Shown here one piece after another: positions 11,524 through 24,537 of a DNA stretch of 64,000 nt; the first letter of the stretch is position 1, and every line of letters begins with the position of its first letter. The notes beneath the pieces were generated by a model, which was given only the letters and a program-made list of their open reading frames with translations, did not search any database and was not told the DNA's origin. The stretch is from Balanoglossus misakiensis (lineage: Eukaryota > Animalia > Hemichordata), in assembly GCA_040954595.2 (NCBI GenBank), contig CM082587.2:7801705-7865704 (forward strand), in the 5' to 3' direction. The translations under genes were made by a program, and so were the position numbers.

Positions 11524-14500
11524 ATGGCGAATGGGGTGATACCCGTGGTTGATTTCTCGGCATACAGTCTGCAGCGCAGCTCGCCCGACGAAGAGAGATT
11601 TCAAGACCTCATTGACGGGGTCCACGATGCAATGACTTCGATCGGGTTCGTGTATTTATCCAATCATGGCATAACGCTTGAAGAGGTGAGCCAGAAATCG
11701 TTCTTTATATTTTGCAGTCTGGGCCTGCATTTAGCTCTACGTACAGGTCTGTGTGCTCCCGGCGTGTGCAACCCTCAATCCCTCATCCTGGCTTTTGTTC
11801 TTGTTGACATAATGGACGCCAATAATGGAGAAAGTGTCGCCTTGGACATGAAATCGTTGTAAAGAGAATCTGTAGTGTAGGGGGGGGGGGGGGGTAGCTC
11901 TGCGTACAGGTCTGTGTGTTCCCGGCGTTATACGGCCTCCACCCACAGCCCTGCAAGGCGCCATAGAAAAAACTGGTGCTTCTGCGGTCTGGATCCGGAC
12001 CGCAGCTTTTTCGGCCGAAATTTGATTTTATCGAAGCAAAATACTTTCCTAGTCTACATCTACATCCTAACTGACTCCAAATATGATGTGATTAACTTGT
12101 CCTAACGTCCGAACCGCTCGCTTTCTAAAACTTTTATGTTTACCCATGGAGAAAAACTCGCTGTAAGCCTTGCATTCAATACGGCGATCTCGACATGTAA
12201 ACACACACAAATAAATCAGAACGCGAGCAGTTCTGACGTTAGGACAAGTTAATCACATCATATTTGGAGTCAGTTAGGATGTAGAAGTAGACTAGGAAAG
12301 TATTTTGCTTCGATAAAATCAAATTTCGGCCGAAAAAGCTGCGGTCCGGATCCGGACCGCAGAAGCACCAGTTTTTTCTATGGCGCCTTGCAGGGCTGTG
12401 GGTGGAGGCCGTATAACGCCGGGAACACACAGACCTGTACGCAGAGCTAGGGGGGGGGGGGGGGCGTTTTCCTTGACTAAACACAATATGGGGTCCCAAT
12501 ATACGACATCCTGTTGTTAATTCGTTGTATGAGACCAATCAATGTCTATAAACAGGTGTAAATTCCTTCAATGAATGGTATAATCATATTCCGAAAATGT
12601 AAATGCGAGAGGGGGGGGGGGGGTTCAAGTAAACATTTGTGTCAGTTGTGTGTGTGTGTGGGGGGGGGGAGCTCCCTTTTTTACGCATCTCATTGTCAAA
12701 GCCTTACTTTCAGATACACAATACATTTGCACAGTCAAGAAAATTCTTCGAGCTTCCAAAGGCTGTCAAGATGAAATACGCAAGACCTGAAAATCAAGCA
12801 AGTAACCATGGATACATAGAAAATGAACGCGAAAAGTGAGTAAAATTTAAGATGCATCTACCATATCCAAAAATAAAAGTAACTAAAATATGCCTACATG
12901 AGTTGCGGTTCTTTCTTGATAGTTCAAGTGCTTCAAATAGTTATGTTTGGTTGAGCCTGCTGATTCTAGTATTGACAATAAGAATTCTTGTTCTTATGTA
13001 AAAGGTCAGTGTTTTGTTAAAGCCACAGTATTTCTCGTAGGGGCAAAATTTTGTTTGAAACGGCATCTATAATTTCTAAAAGTAGATGATAATTGATACT
13101 GATCAATCAAAGCACTGGGCATGTACAGTGTCCAGTGAACCTTTAAGAGTAATGGGTACCTGGTAGGACAGAGATTAATAGAATCTCACACTCCCAAGGA
13201 CCTGGGATCATATTTCTCACACGAGTTGGGGATATTCTGAATATCCCCGACGAGTGTGAGAAATATGATCCCAGGTCCTTGGTGTGTGAGATTATTTTTC
13301 TCACACGGTCACAAATTAGCCAAATTCGTTAAAAACATTGAATAAATGACGCTGGAACTGTCGTCTGGGGGCACTTTGTAGTCTCTGTCCCTGTAATACA
13401 CATCGCGCCATTGGATAACTTTTAGTGCGCGTAGCAAAAGAACGCTTTGTCAACCAATCAGCGCTCGCGTCATATACAGCTTTCGATTCAGTGAGAGTGT
13501 GAGAACAATTTGTTCTCACACTCTGTTCTCACACTCCCAGCGTGCCAGGAGTGTGAGAATGCAATGTGTGTGTGTTTAGCCCTGCAGCGCTTATTATGGC
13601 TGCACATGTGACCTGTTGTTTGCTCCCCAGGGAGTTGAATGGAATTAATTTAGGTCAAATGAGCAATAAATTGTTGTAAAGCACCTTGATCACAAAACAT
13701 TGTGGATTCGTGCGCTATATAAGAACTCACTATTATCATGTGGGTGGCATAAGGTTTGGTTTTTTTGCAATGTATCTTAGTTTGTTTATTTTTCCTCTCT
13801 TGTTTTGGTCCCTCCTCAGACTGAACCCAGAAAGGCCCGGTGACTTGAAAGAGTCCTTTAATTATCTACCCAAGAACGCATCAAAGGTAGGTTCCCAAAT
13901 ACACTCCCTGGCCATTTATAATCTCTAAGTGAACTACCTTTATTTATTTTTTGGTGGGGGGGGGGGGGGAGTTTGGATGGGGCTTCAAAATGTTCCTACC
14001 GAGCAAATGTATTGAATTACATGAAAAATCAATATCAGATAAGTAAAGTGAAAATGCATTATGTGTTTTGCATGAAATGTGCAGACAATTGTGCTCATAC
14101 TCATTGGTTCGAGGTAATCAAGTTTCTAAGAAGGTGGTGGGTGTATAAACAAGAAGCACAAGACAGAAAATATTGACTTGTTCTTTTCTGGTTTCTTTCA
14201 GACTTGCCACAGTCCTAAATGATTTAAAGGGACAAAGTCTCTCTCTCGCTGCCCTTTTTTCCATTAATTATGTTTGATACAAGACACTGTTTGTTATTCT
14301 ACATGTGGATATATAGCGAATGAACGTTCAACCACACACAACTTCCATCCCTCTTATAGACAGGAGAGTGAAAAAACTCGCCAAAATGAATAATCGTTCT
14401 TTACCATTTATTCATTTTGGGCGAGTTTGTACTCTCTTATCATACAAGTGGGATTGAAGTTTTGTGTGGTTGATCATTGATTCAGTATATATCCACATGT

Positions 14501-16669
14501 ACATTAACATAAACAGTGTCTTGTATCAAACATAATTAATGGAAAAAAGGGCAGCGAGAGAGAGACTTTGTCCCTTTAACAGTTCAATCACTGTATTAAA
14601 AGACACACATGAATGTAATGTCACATTTGCTATTCAGCTACAATTTCAGAGATACGTACAAGTAGTTTGTCAGTTGCATCTGAGTGTTCATGCCGATAAC
14701 ATTTGCAGTCTGTATCACTTTCTTTCAACTTTATTTTCAGAAAATGCCAACAGAGACACCAGAATTTACATCTTCAATCGAGGCCTTGTTTAACAAGTGT
14801 GTAGAGCTGGCCAATCGCATATTAGAAGTGATTGGCAGAAGTCTGAAGTTGGAGGTACTTTCAATCTTAAAGGGACAAAGTCTCTCTCTCGCGCTGCCTC
14901 TTTTTTACAGTAATTATGTTTGATACAAGACACCGTTCATGTTAATGTACAGGTGGAAAAATAGTGAATCAACGTTCTATCACACACAACTACCATCCCG
15001 CTTGTAGACACGAGAGTGAAAGAACTCGCCAAAGTGAATAATCAGTCTCTACCATTTATTCATTTTGGGCGAGTTTCTAAGAAGCTAATTTGATTTCATA
15101 TTGTGTTGCAGGATCCATATCTGTTTGTAAAAGCACACAAGGATGTAGGGAGTGAAGTCAGTGACACTACCCTGAGGTCTTTGTACTATCCGCCTCTACC
15201 TGAAGATGTTGAAGTGAAAGTCGGTCAAGTCCGCTGTGGTGAACACTCTGATTATGGTTCCATTACGCTTCTCTTTCAAGATCTTCAAGGAGGTTTAGAG
15301 GTGAAACTTTTACATTTTCCATGGATATATTTACCAGAAAATAATTATAGATAAGGGTAGTGCATATACAGTTACTTTTACATTGCCCGACTATCACATA
15401 CATGTTTAATTTTATTACAATTTGAAATTTGTCCGCAACCCAAAGACACAGTCAGTGTCTGTATTCTTCCTGCACTCAAACATACACACATGCATGCACT
15501 TTGACTTAATGTTTAGCCACTGTACCATATTTTTCAGCAAATTACTAAAAGCTTGTCTTGCCGGACAATTGACTACTTTGCTACTGGCCTTTATGCAGAA
15601 CTTTATCGTCTCTCTCACTCTGGTCTCTGCCATGTTTATTTATGACCAGGTTAAAAGTAGAGATGGAGAATTCGTTCCAGCGACGCCGATAGAGGGCACT
15701 GTACTCGTGAATATTGGGGACTTAATGCAGAGATGGACGTCAGATGTGCTGGTCTCTACAGTGAGTATGATTGCACTGCGATGAGCGTAAACTTTGGGAA
15801 ATCTGAAACCGTTGTCTGGCATTAGATCTGAATGAAAGTCTTCAAATCCAACATCAGAATGAATACTGACATACTGAGGCTGTCTGCAGTTTTGGCATTT
15901 ACCACCAGTATAACTCATGATCTTGTTTACTCTAATTTTGCTCTTTAAGATATCATCTTCTGTTAATTAAAAATGATTCAATGTCTGGTAATACTGTACA
16001 ACGGGAAATTTTTCGCGAACAATACATTTTCACGAACTACGAGAAAAAAAAACGTGATTTTTTTTATATTTTATTTTGGAGATAACAATGCAGAGAAATA
16101 CATACAAGAACATGAAAAATAATCGTGGTGTAACGGTAGCCCATCCGCTTTTGAGAGCGCGAACATTTCCGGCATTACACTGAATACAATGCTAAAAATG
16201 ATTGCAAAGTGTATTTCAAAGTAACGAATTCTCAGACAGGACCCAGTACCTTAGGAGTGTGTGGTTGCAGGCAGCACATTTTACATTTTGACAAAAGTTT
16301 GATTTTGAGTGAATTTTGGTTAGTGCCGTCATTGAAAGGCACCCGTGGTCCAAGCACCAGCCCTTAGTTTTTTTAGTCATGTATGTAAAGGTGCAAGGCA
16401 TTTTCCCCCTAAACATAAGAAGTTCATGAAAGGATGAACATATATTTGAGTATTCTAATTTGATAATGAGTTTGTTTCAATCACAGGTGCACCGTGTGCT
16501 GATATCTGAAAGTGAAGAAAGCAAGAGATCTCTGCGACAATCCATAGCCTTTTTCCACCATCCTGACAATACACATGTTGTCACCTGTGTTGATGGGAGT
16601 AACAAGTATCCACCAATAACTAATGATGTCTACTTGAGGCAAAGATTTGATGCAACATATTTTTACTAG
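11524..16669 (+). CDS. 2OG-Fe(II) dioxygenase, isopenicillin N synthase/DIOX_N family, copy 1 (~315 aa); exons 11524-11685, 12714-12835, 13820-13886, 14741-14854, 15112-15300, 15650-15760, 16487-16669
   Basis: IPVVDFS...GFVYLSNHGI (DIOX_N), GDLKESFN, HSDYGSITLLFQD (HxD), NIGDLMQRWT, HRV (distal His) and RQS (RxS). The exons sum to an intact 948-nt frame. Confidence 0.93.
11895..12449. mobile_element. MITE with ~210-bp near-perfect TIRs and TAG...CTA ends, inserted in a poly-G run (AcademH-like)
   Basis: TAGCTCTGCGTACAGG...CCTGTACGCAGAGCTA with G-runs on both sides. An extra truncated end copy lies at ~11732-11764. Confidence 0.88.
13190..13560. repeat. Foldback repeat / MITE remnant
   Basis: ~100-bp palindrome at 13192-13293 (TCTCACAC...GGATATTCTGAATATCC...GTGTGAGA) plus further TCTCACAC/GTGTGAGA units. 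Confidence 0.6.
13570..13740 (+). mobile_element. Probable SINE 3' fragment with LINE-like tail
   Basis: CTCCCCAGGGAGTTGA core and GTAAAGCACCTTGA...GCGCTATATAAGAAC...TATTAT tail resemble invertebrate SINE/L2 ends (recalled resemblance, not searched). Confidence 0.45.
14228..14575. mobile_element. Palindromic TTAA-flanked MITE (AGGG...CCCT; Kolobok-like), family K1
   Basis: TTAA-AGGGACAAAGTCTCTCTCTCGCTGCCC...GGGCAGCGAGAGAGAGACTTTGTCCCT-TTAA. Confidence 0.9.
14871..15078. mobile_element. Half copy of MITE family K1
   Basis: TTAA-AGGGACAAAGTCTCTCTCTCG..., truncated just past the palindrome centre. Confidence 0.8.
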
Positions 16670-17082
16670 AATTCAAAGTACATTTTCCTGCAATATTTTT
16701 TTGTTGTGGCATTTAATTTTTGCTCTCCAGTCATAAGGTGTTTAGAATTCCAAGTATACATCTACCTTTGTCCAGTTTCTTTGAGTCCCTCTAAAGTGGA
16801 GACTAAGGCCTATAGACTAGGCCATTTTGATGACCAGTGACCCTTCACACATCGAAATTTTGACAACACAAAGTTTTTCGCGATATCAAAAGAGGCACCT
16901 GGAATGTGACAATTTATTTTTTGCATTTTGCATTCACTGAATCATTATCTCTGGAAAGCATTTTCACACGACTTGTTACTGTAAAACACTTTATTTTTGC
17001 GAGATTTTGGCGTACTTCGCGAAAATTTAGTCATGGACACTTTATATATTCCAATCTAAGATATTCGATCAACAAATATTAT

Positions 17083-17269
17083 AAGATGCGTCTGCAAAAT
17101 CTGCCGCACATTGACTCTTCTGGCAGTGTCCTCACAATTTTGTGAAATGCACCGCTATATAATTTTCTCATTTTCCAATCATATTTTGTTTTCAAAACAT
17201 GCAACAGAGTCACTTTATTTCCTTTTTTTTGAAAATGTGTATTGTAGAACGGCTGGATCCGTTTGGAGC
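17083..17269 (+). pseudogene. Orphan duplicate of the carboxylesterase intron-2/exon-3 junction
   Basis: Aligns end to end with 35641-35827, including the acceptor TGTAG and the first codons (ERLDPFGA). Confidence 0.82.
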
Positions 17270-18063
17270 CCAGGTCTTTAAAACAGCTCCCCCCCCCCCT
17301 CCACAGTGCTTGTGTGGTATGCTTTACAATTGTTTTGACTGTTTCCATGACGCTAAATACTTTCTGCCTGAAGTTCGACATTTGAAGAATATATGTGTGC
17401 ATTGTCTCTTTTGTGGGAGGAAAAAACGTTTCAGGTGTGGTTTACTCAACCAGGCAGCTTTCTTCCACGGGTATTAGCGTTATTTAACACTCCCTCAGTC
17501 CACTCGATTTTAAACTCAATGGGCTAAGCTTACAGGACCTCGTAGCTTTTCTATTTGTCTGTGGTATTATGGCGGTGAGTGTATGAAACAAAAAGACATA
17601 TTTCTTACGGCGGGTGGGTGAGCGTGTGATATGGGTGGATGGATGGATTTATGGATGGATGGATGGATGGATGGACGAGTGGATGGGTGGCTTAGTCGGT
17701 TGGTCGACGGGCGGACGGATGGGTGGGCGCGTCTATATTTGGGCTACTTGGATGGTTCAGTGGACAGCTACCCCTGGATAGTGAGACAATCGCGTATCCC
17801 CCCCCCCCCCGCGGCGGGGGTTATTGCGTAAACACATTGCATGTGCTCTGCATCAAAACAAAGGTATCAGGGCATACTAAGTTGAAGGGTTGATACTGTT
17901 GTGTGCGCTAGCCCTGGAGCTTGTACTTTGAACATAAAAGCAATGCATGCAGAATACGAAGATCAGTCTTACATGGTAGAAGGCTGGAGTCACGACTATC
18001 CATAAACGTTGCAATCATCCTATGAAGTAATCTCTTTTTGATCATCGACATAAGCAGACACAA

Positions 18064-21000
18064 ATGTCTGAGGTACACCCGAGCTCGATGTTGGTAAGTC
18101 GGCCAAATTTAGTGTTTGTAACACTTCGTAAACACAACAAGAAAAGACAGTTACACAAGCTCATAGGAACAGTTTACTTGTACATGTACTATACATATAC
18201 CATATTGCCTGACTTGAACGCGGATTTGTCTGTAATGCTGAGACACTGAACAGTGAAACTTGATAATGGTGCCCATCATGCTTAGTTACACCGAACGCGG
18301 TATATTTTGTGACAAATATTGTTTTACATTTGTAGAAATAGCGTAAAATATTTAACTCGCCGATCTTTCTGCTGTGATCGGCATGATGTTTGTAACCGCA
18401 ATGGTGGAAATTGCATAGAACCACATTCTGAACGTTCGGTTCGAGGTCTAAAATTCCAGATCTTTATAGGGGTGCACTACAGTTTTGGGGTCTGCACTAT
18501 AGGAAAACAGCACTGAACTACCGTATAGAAGGGGGGGGGGGAGAAAGCCGTTTTTTTTGCTCTGAACGACAATTTCATAAGTACCCCTGAGTCTGGACAG
18601 GTTTCGTGTTCCGTTTCTTCAATACCGTTACGGTAGAGAAAAACGTTGTTTCTCGTGCGATCGTTAATTTGTACATTTAGACTCGACATTCCTGACCCGT
18701 TCTTTCAGCTCTTCGTTTTGATACTTTAGTTGTTCTTGATCGCTTGTTAATTCTTTGATATTGCTTTTATATGCGCAAATGAAGTCAATCACTTCAACTC
18801 ATTGTATCGGGTAATTTTCAAAGCAGGTAGACAAGTGGTTTCGGAGAAATCAAAGATAATTACAAAAACACTCAGTCACTTGCTAAATATTGAATTTTTT
18901 TTAGATCATTTTAAATTATTCGAGTTAACCCTAGGAGGTTGCCTACCAAATTTCAACGCAATCTGACAAGCGGTTTTAGAGAAACGAATTTTTGACCAAA
19001 AAATTGCAACAAAATTATAAATATGCAATTTTTTAAATGTGCATGTATGTATGCTCGCATGTATTACACGTACTAAGGTAAATGTTTATTCCGGAAGGCA
19101 GGATGTTAACGAGGAAAGGTAGGGAGACATGGCGTGGAATTGTAGGTGGGTGGCTGAATGGGTCGGTAGGTGAGCGTGTGTGTTTGTGTGAGCGAGGGAT
19201 GGAGGGAGTTAAATTCCTTGCAACGTACCTATGCAGACTGACTGACTGACTGAGTCACACACACCCTCCCACTCACTTTATTTACTCGTACAGACCAGAA
19301 TGAAACAAGAAATTCAAGGAAGGAAAAGACGAGTCGCCATTGTATTGTTTGTGATTGGTGCGTTGGCATTGGTGGCTTTGATAAGCGGTTTAATTTATAA
19401 ATGTAAGTACAATGCTTTCTCTAAATCAAACGCTACAATAGTCATTGTGGAAATTCAACGCAATTCCAGGTTCATAAACAATTTCAAATTTGTACACTAA
19501 ACGGAAGAGATACAAAAATCGTAAAAATGAGCAGAACCACGAAAATGTCAATTAGGAAAAGCTGAAATGTATACATTGAATGGTCACATTTCTTGCCTAA
19601 AAATCAAATCTGCTTCTGATCTCTGCTTTTAACGTGTATAATTGAAATCTTGTCCATTTATTTTTTCTTTCAGTTTCCAGCCAGTCTGTTAGGTCCACTC
19701 AGTATCCAGAGAACCGAGGTATTTACTTTAAAATTTAAAATAGTACGCTGGGGGCCATAGACAGCTTTGCAGAACAGAAAGGAATTCCTTCAAGCCATTT
19801 AATTCCTTACAATATAAAAGTGTGTAGAAAGTCTTTTTTGAAATCGAAGAAGTAAACAGGGCGTTCACCGTCTTTTTATATATATATATAAAACTCATTA
19901 CTTAATTATTCTCCATAATGTGGTCATTTTGAATTTCAAGTGTTAGGTATGGCATTCAAACGTATGCACGGTAACCCCATCCTTTATCCTTAATGTTAAA
20001 AGAACTATATCTGACAATGAAATTGGTTAATTATACATGATATGTAGTTTGGCATTTGAACATTCTAGTCATTTTCTTATGTAAACTGATTCCAGTTGTC
20101 TTTGTCTATTCCACAGAAGGCTTAGAGCAACCAAAAACAACAATAGCGCCCCCAGGGGGTGGGGCGTTGACAGAAGCGCCGACACAAACAGAACCACCAT
20201 TGTTGAGTACAGGTAAGATATGCTGTTTATCGCACTTAGTCTAGCATACAGCTTATTTACTATGGAGATATGAATGTTAAATGTTGGTAGCTTCAGGTAT
20301 CACGTTTTTTCACTGACAATGTCGGTGTGTTTCCCAAAACCTAGAAAAAAAACCGAAGTATCTTCTCAACTATAAATGCGGTCGAGGTTTTGTGTAGTTC
20401 ATACAATATTTTCCTCCCACCATGCTGAAACGAGTTCCACGTCTTTTCTGTGCAGTTTTAGTGCCTACCTTGATGGTAGGGACGGACGGGCTGGCGACCA
20501 CATCAGTGCCTTCTGAGGTGGGTAAACATATGGTCAGTAGCGATGTTTGTGTCTGTGACATTAAATTGAATGACTCTCAAATTTAGTAATAGGCAAGCTT
20601 TTCGTGACAGAGTGAGTTCCGCCGCATGAACCGTATAATTTACTTTTATACATTGTATATAAAAATATTTTCGCAGGTATCGTGTCCACTCGTTCATGAC
20701 AACTTACAGAAAGCACAGTTGTGCTCCGTTACATTCTCTCATCACCCATCACCGACAGTTGCATTTCGTGTTACATGTATTTTCTTTCGCACGTCACTTT
20801 GTGAAGTTAACAGGAGATTTCCTGTGCAGGAAACTGGTATACGTTTTACATCCCGGAGTTGTGAGCTGTAGGCATACATATTGGACCTAAATTCTCACAT
20901 TTTTGAGTTTTTTTCTGATAATACTTCTTTCAATTTGTAGACAGCGCCAACTGGTTGTAATTCGTGCTGTGGCGTGTGCCCTGCTGGAATACCTGGTATA

Positions 21001-22553
21001 CCTGGTACCCCTGGCCTCCCCGGACGTGACGGGTATAAGGGAGATGTTGGCCCTGCAGGACCACCAGGAATCACCGTTGTTCCTTCCTTCCATCACATCA
21101 GACAGTGGGCATGGAGTAACATAAACGACATCCGTAACAGTGGCATCATTAAGGTAATTTCATTGTAAATGGAACACTTGACGATAATTATAAATAGAGA
21201 GTCATTCAGGACTGTTATAGACTCTTATGAATAGAAGACAGGCGAGCACAAATATCTACATGTTTCGCAGTGTCACTCGACATATACCGAGACCAGCAAT
21301 GCCAACGATTACGAGACATGAAATTCCAACTCTCGGTGTATTTTTCAAGGTGTAGGAATACTAAAAACACAATTCCCAGCCAGGGGTATGCGGTTTTATT
21401 GGGCCAGTGGCATGAGTGAGGCCAGGCGTAGTTTTGGAAGCAAAGCGGACAAAATACGGCTAGGACTAGGCTAATATTGATGTTACTGCACTGTCCTTGA
21501 ATACACGATGATTGATGTTATGTAACGAATTATATATATACAAGGAGTGAACCAAGAAATGAAAGGGGCATTATTACCATAATTACTTCTTTCCTTATGA
21601 GAGTTTATATTGGAGAATATGTGAGTCCAACAGCTTGATCCCCGTACTCAAGAAACCTCCCTTTTAATATTGTATTCGCTTTGACCTGATTTTACAGGAG
21701 TGTGAATTCACCAAACGGTCAAACACTACTGCACTTCGTGTCCTGTGGAACGGTAATCTGTTGACACGTGGATCGCCGGGAGCAGCCTGTAATCGATGGC
21801 ACTTCACCTTTGATGGAGAGGAGTGTCTGGACCCATTGCCAATAGACAGTGCCGTCTACAGCACTAGTGACAAACATCGCCACCGCGTAACTTCAAGTAA
21901 GAATGCAAGTAGCAATCCGATACATATTGCACAACAGAAGCTCATTTTACACGAGCTTCCATTCCACATAATGTCATAATCAAACATGTCTATATATATA
22001 TATGAGTGACGTTTAATCAAACTTGCGCGGGTTTTGATATAGTATACATGTATATAATATATTATATCTGCAGAGTTAGCTAATTAATTGAATCTCTCTA
22101 AAAGTCCTCTGGTCCTATTTAGAATATTCCAACTTATCAGACGAAAAAAAGTACCGAAACGTACACCATGTACATTCGGTATAATCACAGTAAATGTGAA
22201 GTATGTTCACTAGATTTAAATGGCACTATCATACATGTATGTGTGCAGTTTGATGTTCGAGTGAAACTCATAATTTGACAGTAGAACTAAGTTCTGGGTA
22301 ATTCACAGATTCCAATGCTATTCTTGAACTGGGAAAGTCAGTTCCCTAGGCCAAGGGGATTGTGTTTTTATTGCTGTACTTTTCATGTTATTTTTTCCCA
22401 GTTGAGGGTCTGTGCTTCGGCCTCAGTGCTGGTCGAATCAACGTGGAATTCCGTCTGTCGGCATGTGACGGCGTCTCCGCAACGGGTTACCCGTCCACAG
22501 GATGGAATTCTGTATCTCGAATCATCATCGAAGAAATTGATGCGACAAATTAA
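18064..22553 (+). CDS. CTHRC1-like protein with N-terminal membrane anchor; exons 18064-18093 (tentative), 19294-19402, 19674-19718, 20117-20212, 20456-20517, 20941-21153, 21698-21896, 22402-22553
   Basis: Short collagen tract [28 protein letters not shown], then CTHRC1 C-terminal motifs ECEFTK...[28 protein letters not shown] and [14 protein letters not shown]. Splice phases are compatible; the first exon is uncertain. Confidence 0.85.
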
Positions 22554-22636
22554 ACCGAACACAATCCCCATATCAACAGAAATTGGATCGCATGGACACA
22601 TTTTATTCAGTTATCTGACAGTAATTAGTAATTAAA

Positions 22637-22850
22637 ATGGTATGTATGTATGTATGTATGTATGTATGTATGTATGTATGTATGTATGTATGTATGTATG
22701 TATGTATGTATGTATGTATGTATGTATGTATGTATGTATGTATGTATGTATGTATGTATGTATGTATGTATGTATGTATGTATGTATGTATGTATGTATG
22801 TATGTATGTATGTATGTATGTATGTATGTATGTATGTATGTATGTATGTA
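22637..22850. repeat. (TATG)n microsatellite, ~53 perfect units
   Basis: Direct inspection; lies just 3' of the CTHRC1-like stop. Confidence 0.98.
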
Positions 22851-23142
22851 TCGATAGATTTGGAAACTAATAAATTTTATGACTCCCTTTATACATTGTT
22901 TACGAAATGAACAACTTTATACTGTGAAGTGAAATAATTATCTTGGAAAAAATTAAACTTTTACGAAAAAGCTTATCCTTTTTTACATAACAATCACTGC
23001 AAATCTACAACAAAGAGCACACTTGTGATGACGCAACTTGAACTATAAATTTAAGTCCACTATACAAGATATTGGTGACTAAACATAGTTTGTTCTAGGT
23101 ATATAACAATTTCCAAACGCTAACGGACAAGAATAAAACAAC

Positions 23143-23253
23143 ATGAACGTTGATTCACTACTAGTATATATCCACATGTAGAATAATACAAACGGTGTCT
23201 TGTATCAAATATAATTAATGGAAAAAGGGCAGCGAGAGAGAGACTCTGTCCCT
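23143..23253. mobile_element. Partial copy (one arm) of MITE family K1
   Basis: Ends GGGCAGCGAGAGAGAGACTCTGTCCCT-TTAA. Confidence 0.75.
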
Positions 23254-23825
23254 TTAAGCATGTATTATAATAGAAGCTACTTGTCTATACACACGGGGCT
23301 AAATCGGTTGTGCCACACAATGTCTTGGTATTCCATATTTCATCGGCTGGGCTCTTCCATCAACAACATAACTCCGTTTCGAAGTTTACACCGCACCTTT
23401 TGCTAAACATCTGTTAAAAAATAATGTGACGTTTTGATTTTTTTACATATGACGAATACATAAAGTTTAGCTGTACCTTTCGTTAAAAAAAGAAAGGCGT
23501 GTCTTTAGTTTACTACTTCACAATTTTATAATAATGTGTTTAATACACCACAGTTGACCTGTTGTCCTAACTCGGGTATATGTCAACTGTTTATGTCATC
23601 CGAAAGATTATTCTGCAAATTTCACTATCGTTAGATAAAAGGTATGAAATAGGAAATAGTGTATTCTGCCAATAACTTACCAAAATATTAACACACAAAG
23701 TAATGGGTACTCGTGCTGCATTCAATGTCATTCCTCATGTACATGAAACCTCTCCTAAAGGAAAAAACAAAACAAAATGAAGGAGCAAATAAATATGCGC
23801 AATCGCTGTCATGATACTATTTTAA

Positions 23826-24172
23826 AGGGACAAAGTCTCTCTCTCGCTGCCCTTTTTTCATCAATTATGTTTGGTGCAAGACACCATTTATGTTATTCTA
23901 CATGTGGATATATAGTGAATCAACGTTCGACCACACACAACTTCCATCCCACTTGTATGATATGAGAGTAAAAACTCGCCCAAAATGAATAAATGGTAAA
24001 GAACGATTATTCATTTTGGCGAGTTTTTTCACTCTCCTGTCTATAAGAGGTATGGAAGTTGTGTGTGATGGAACGTTCATTCACTATATATCCACATGTA
24101 GAATAACAACCGGTGTCTTGTATCAAATATAATTAATGGAAAAAAGGGCAGCGAGAGAGAGACTTTGTCCCT
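23826..24172. mobile_element. Full copy of MITE family K1
   Basis: Same TIRs and TTAA flanks as 14228-14575. Confidence 0.9.
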
Positions 24173-24537
24173 TTAACAGATAAATGTTTTCGTCACATTC
24201 AGAATTCTTAAGTATTCTTATTTTCATAGTTTAGTCTAAATTCAGACGAAAATCAAAACTCAATCTGTTAAAATTACATATCCGTGTTTTTTTTTTTTTT
24301 TTTTAATTTCCTTGTGAACGTTAGTTAGGGGAAGGGCAATTGATCTAAGGACTCTTTATCCAACCACATGAAGGCTGTCGTTGAGTATCTAACGGTGTTT
24401 GCTACCCAGGTGACAAAAATGTGTAGTTTACATAATTTCAAGATGGCGGATTTCTGGCGTGTTGTGGAGTTCAGAAGTTAAATTAGTGGTAGATCATAGT
24501 GAAATTGTGTAACCCTAAAAAACAATGTGTTTGTACG

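Noticed and set aside
11914-12538. Mirror ORFs (...CSRRYTASTHSPARR...)
   Set aside because: Inverted repeats of a MITE.
22637-22910. MYVC-repeat ORFs
   Set aside because: Translation of the (TATG)n microsatellite.
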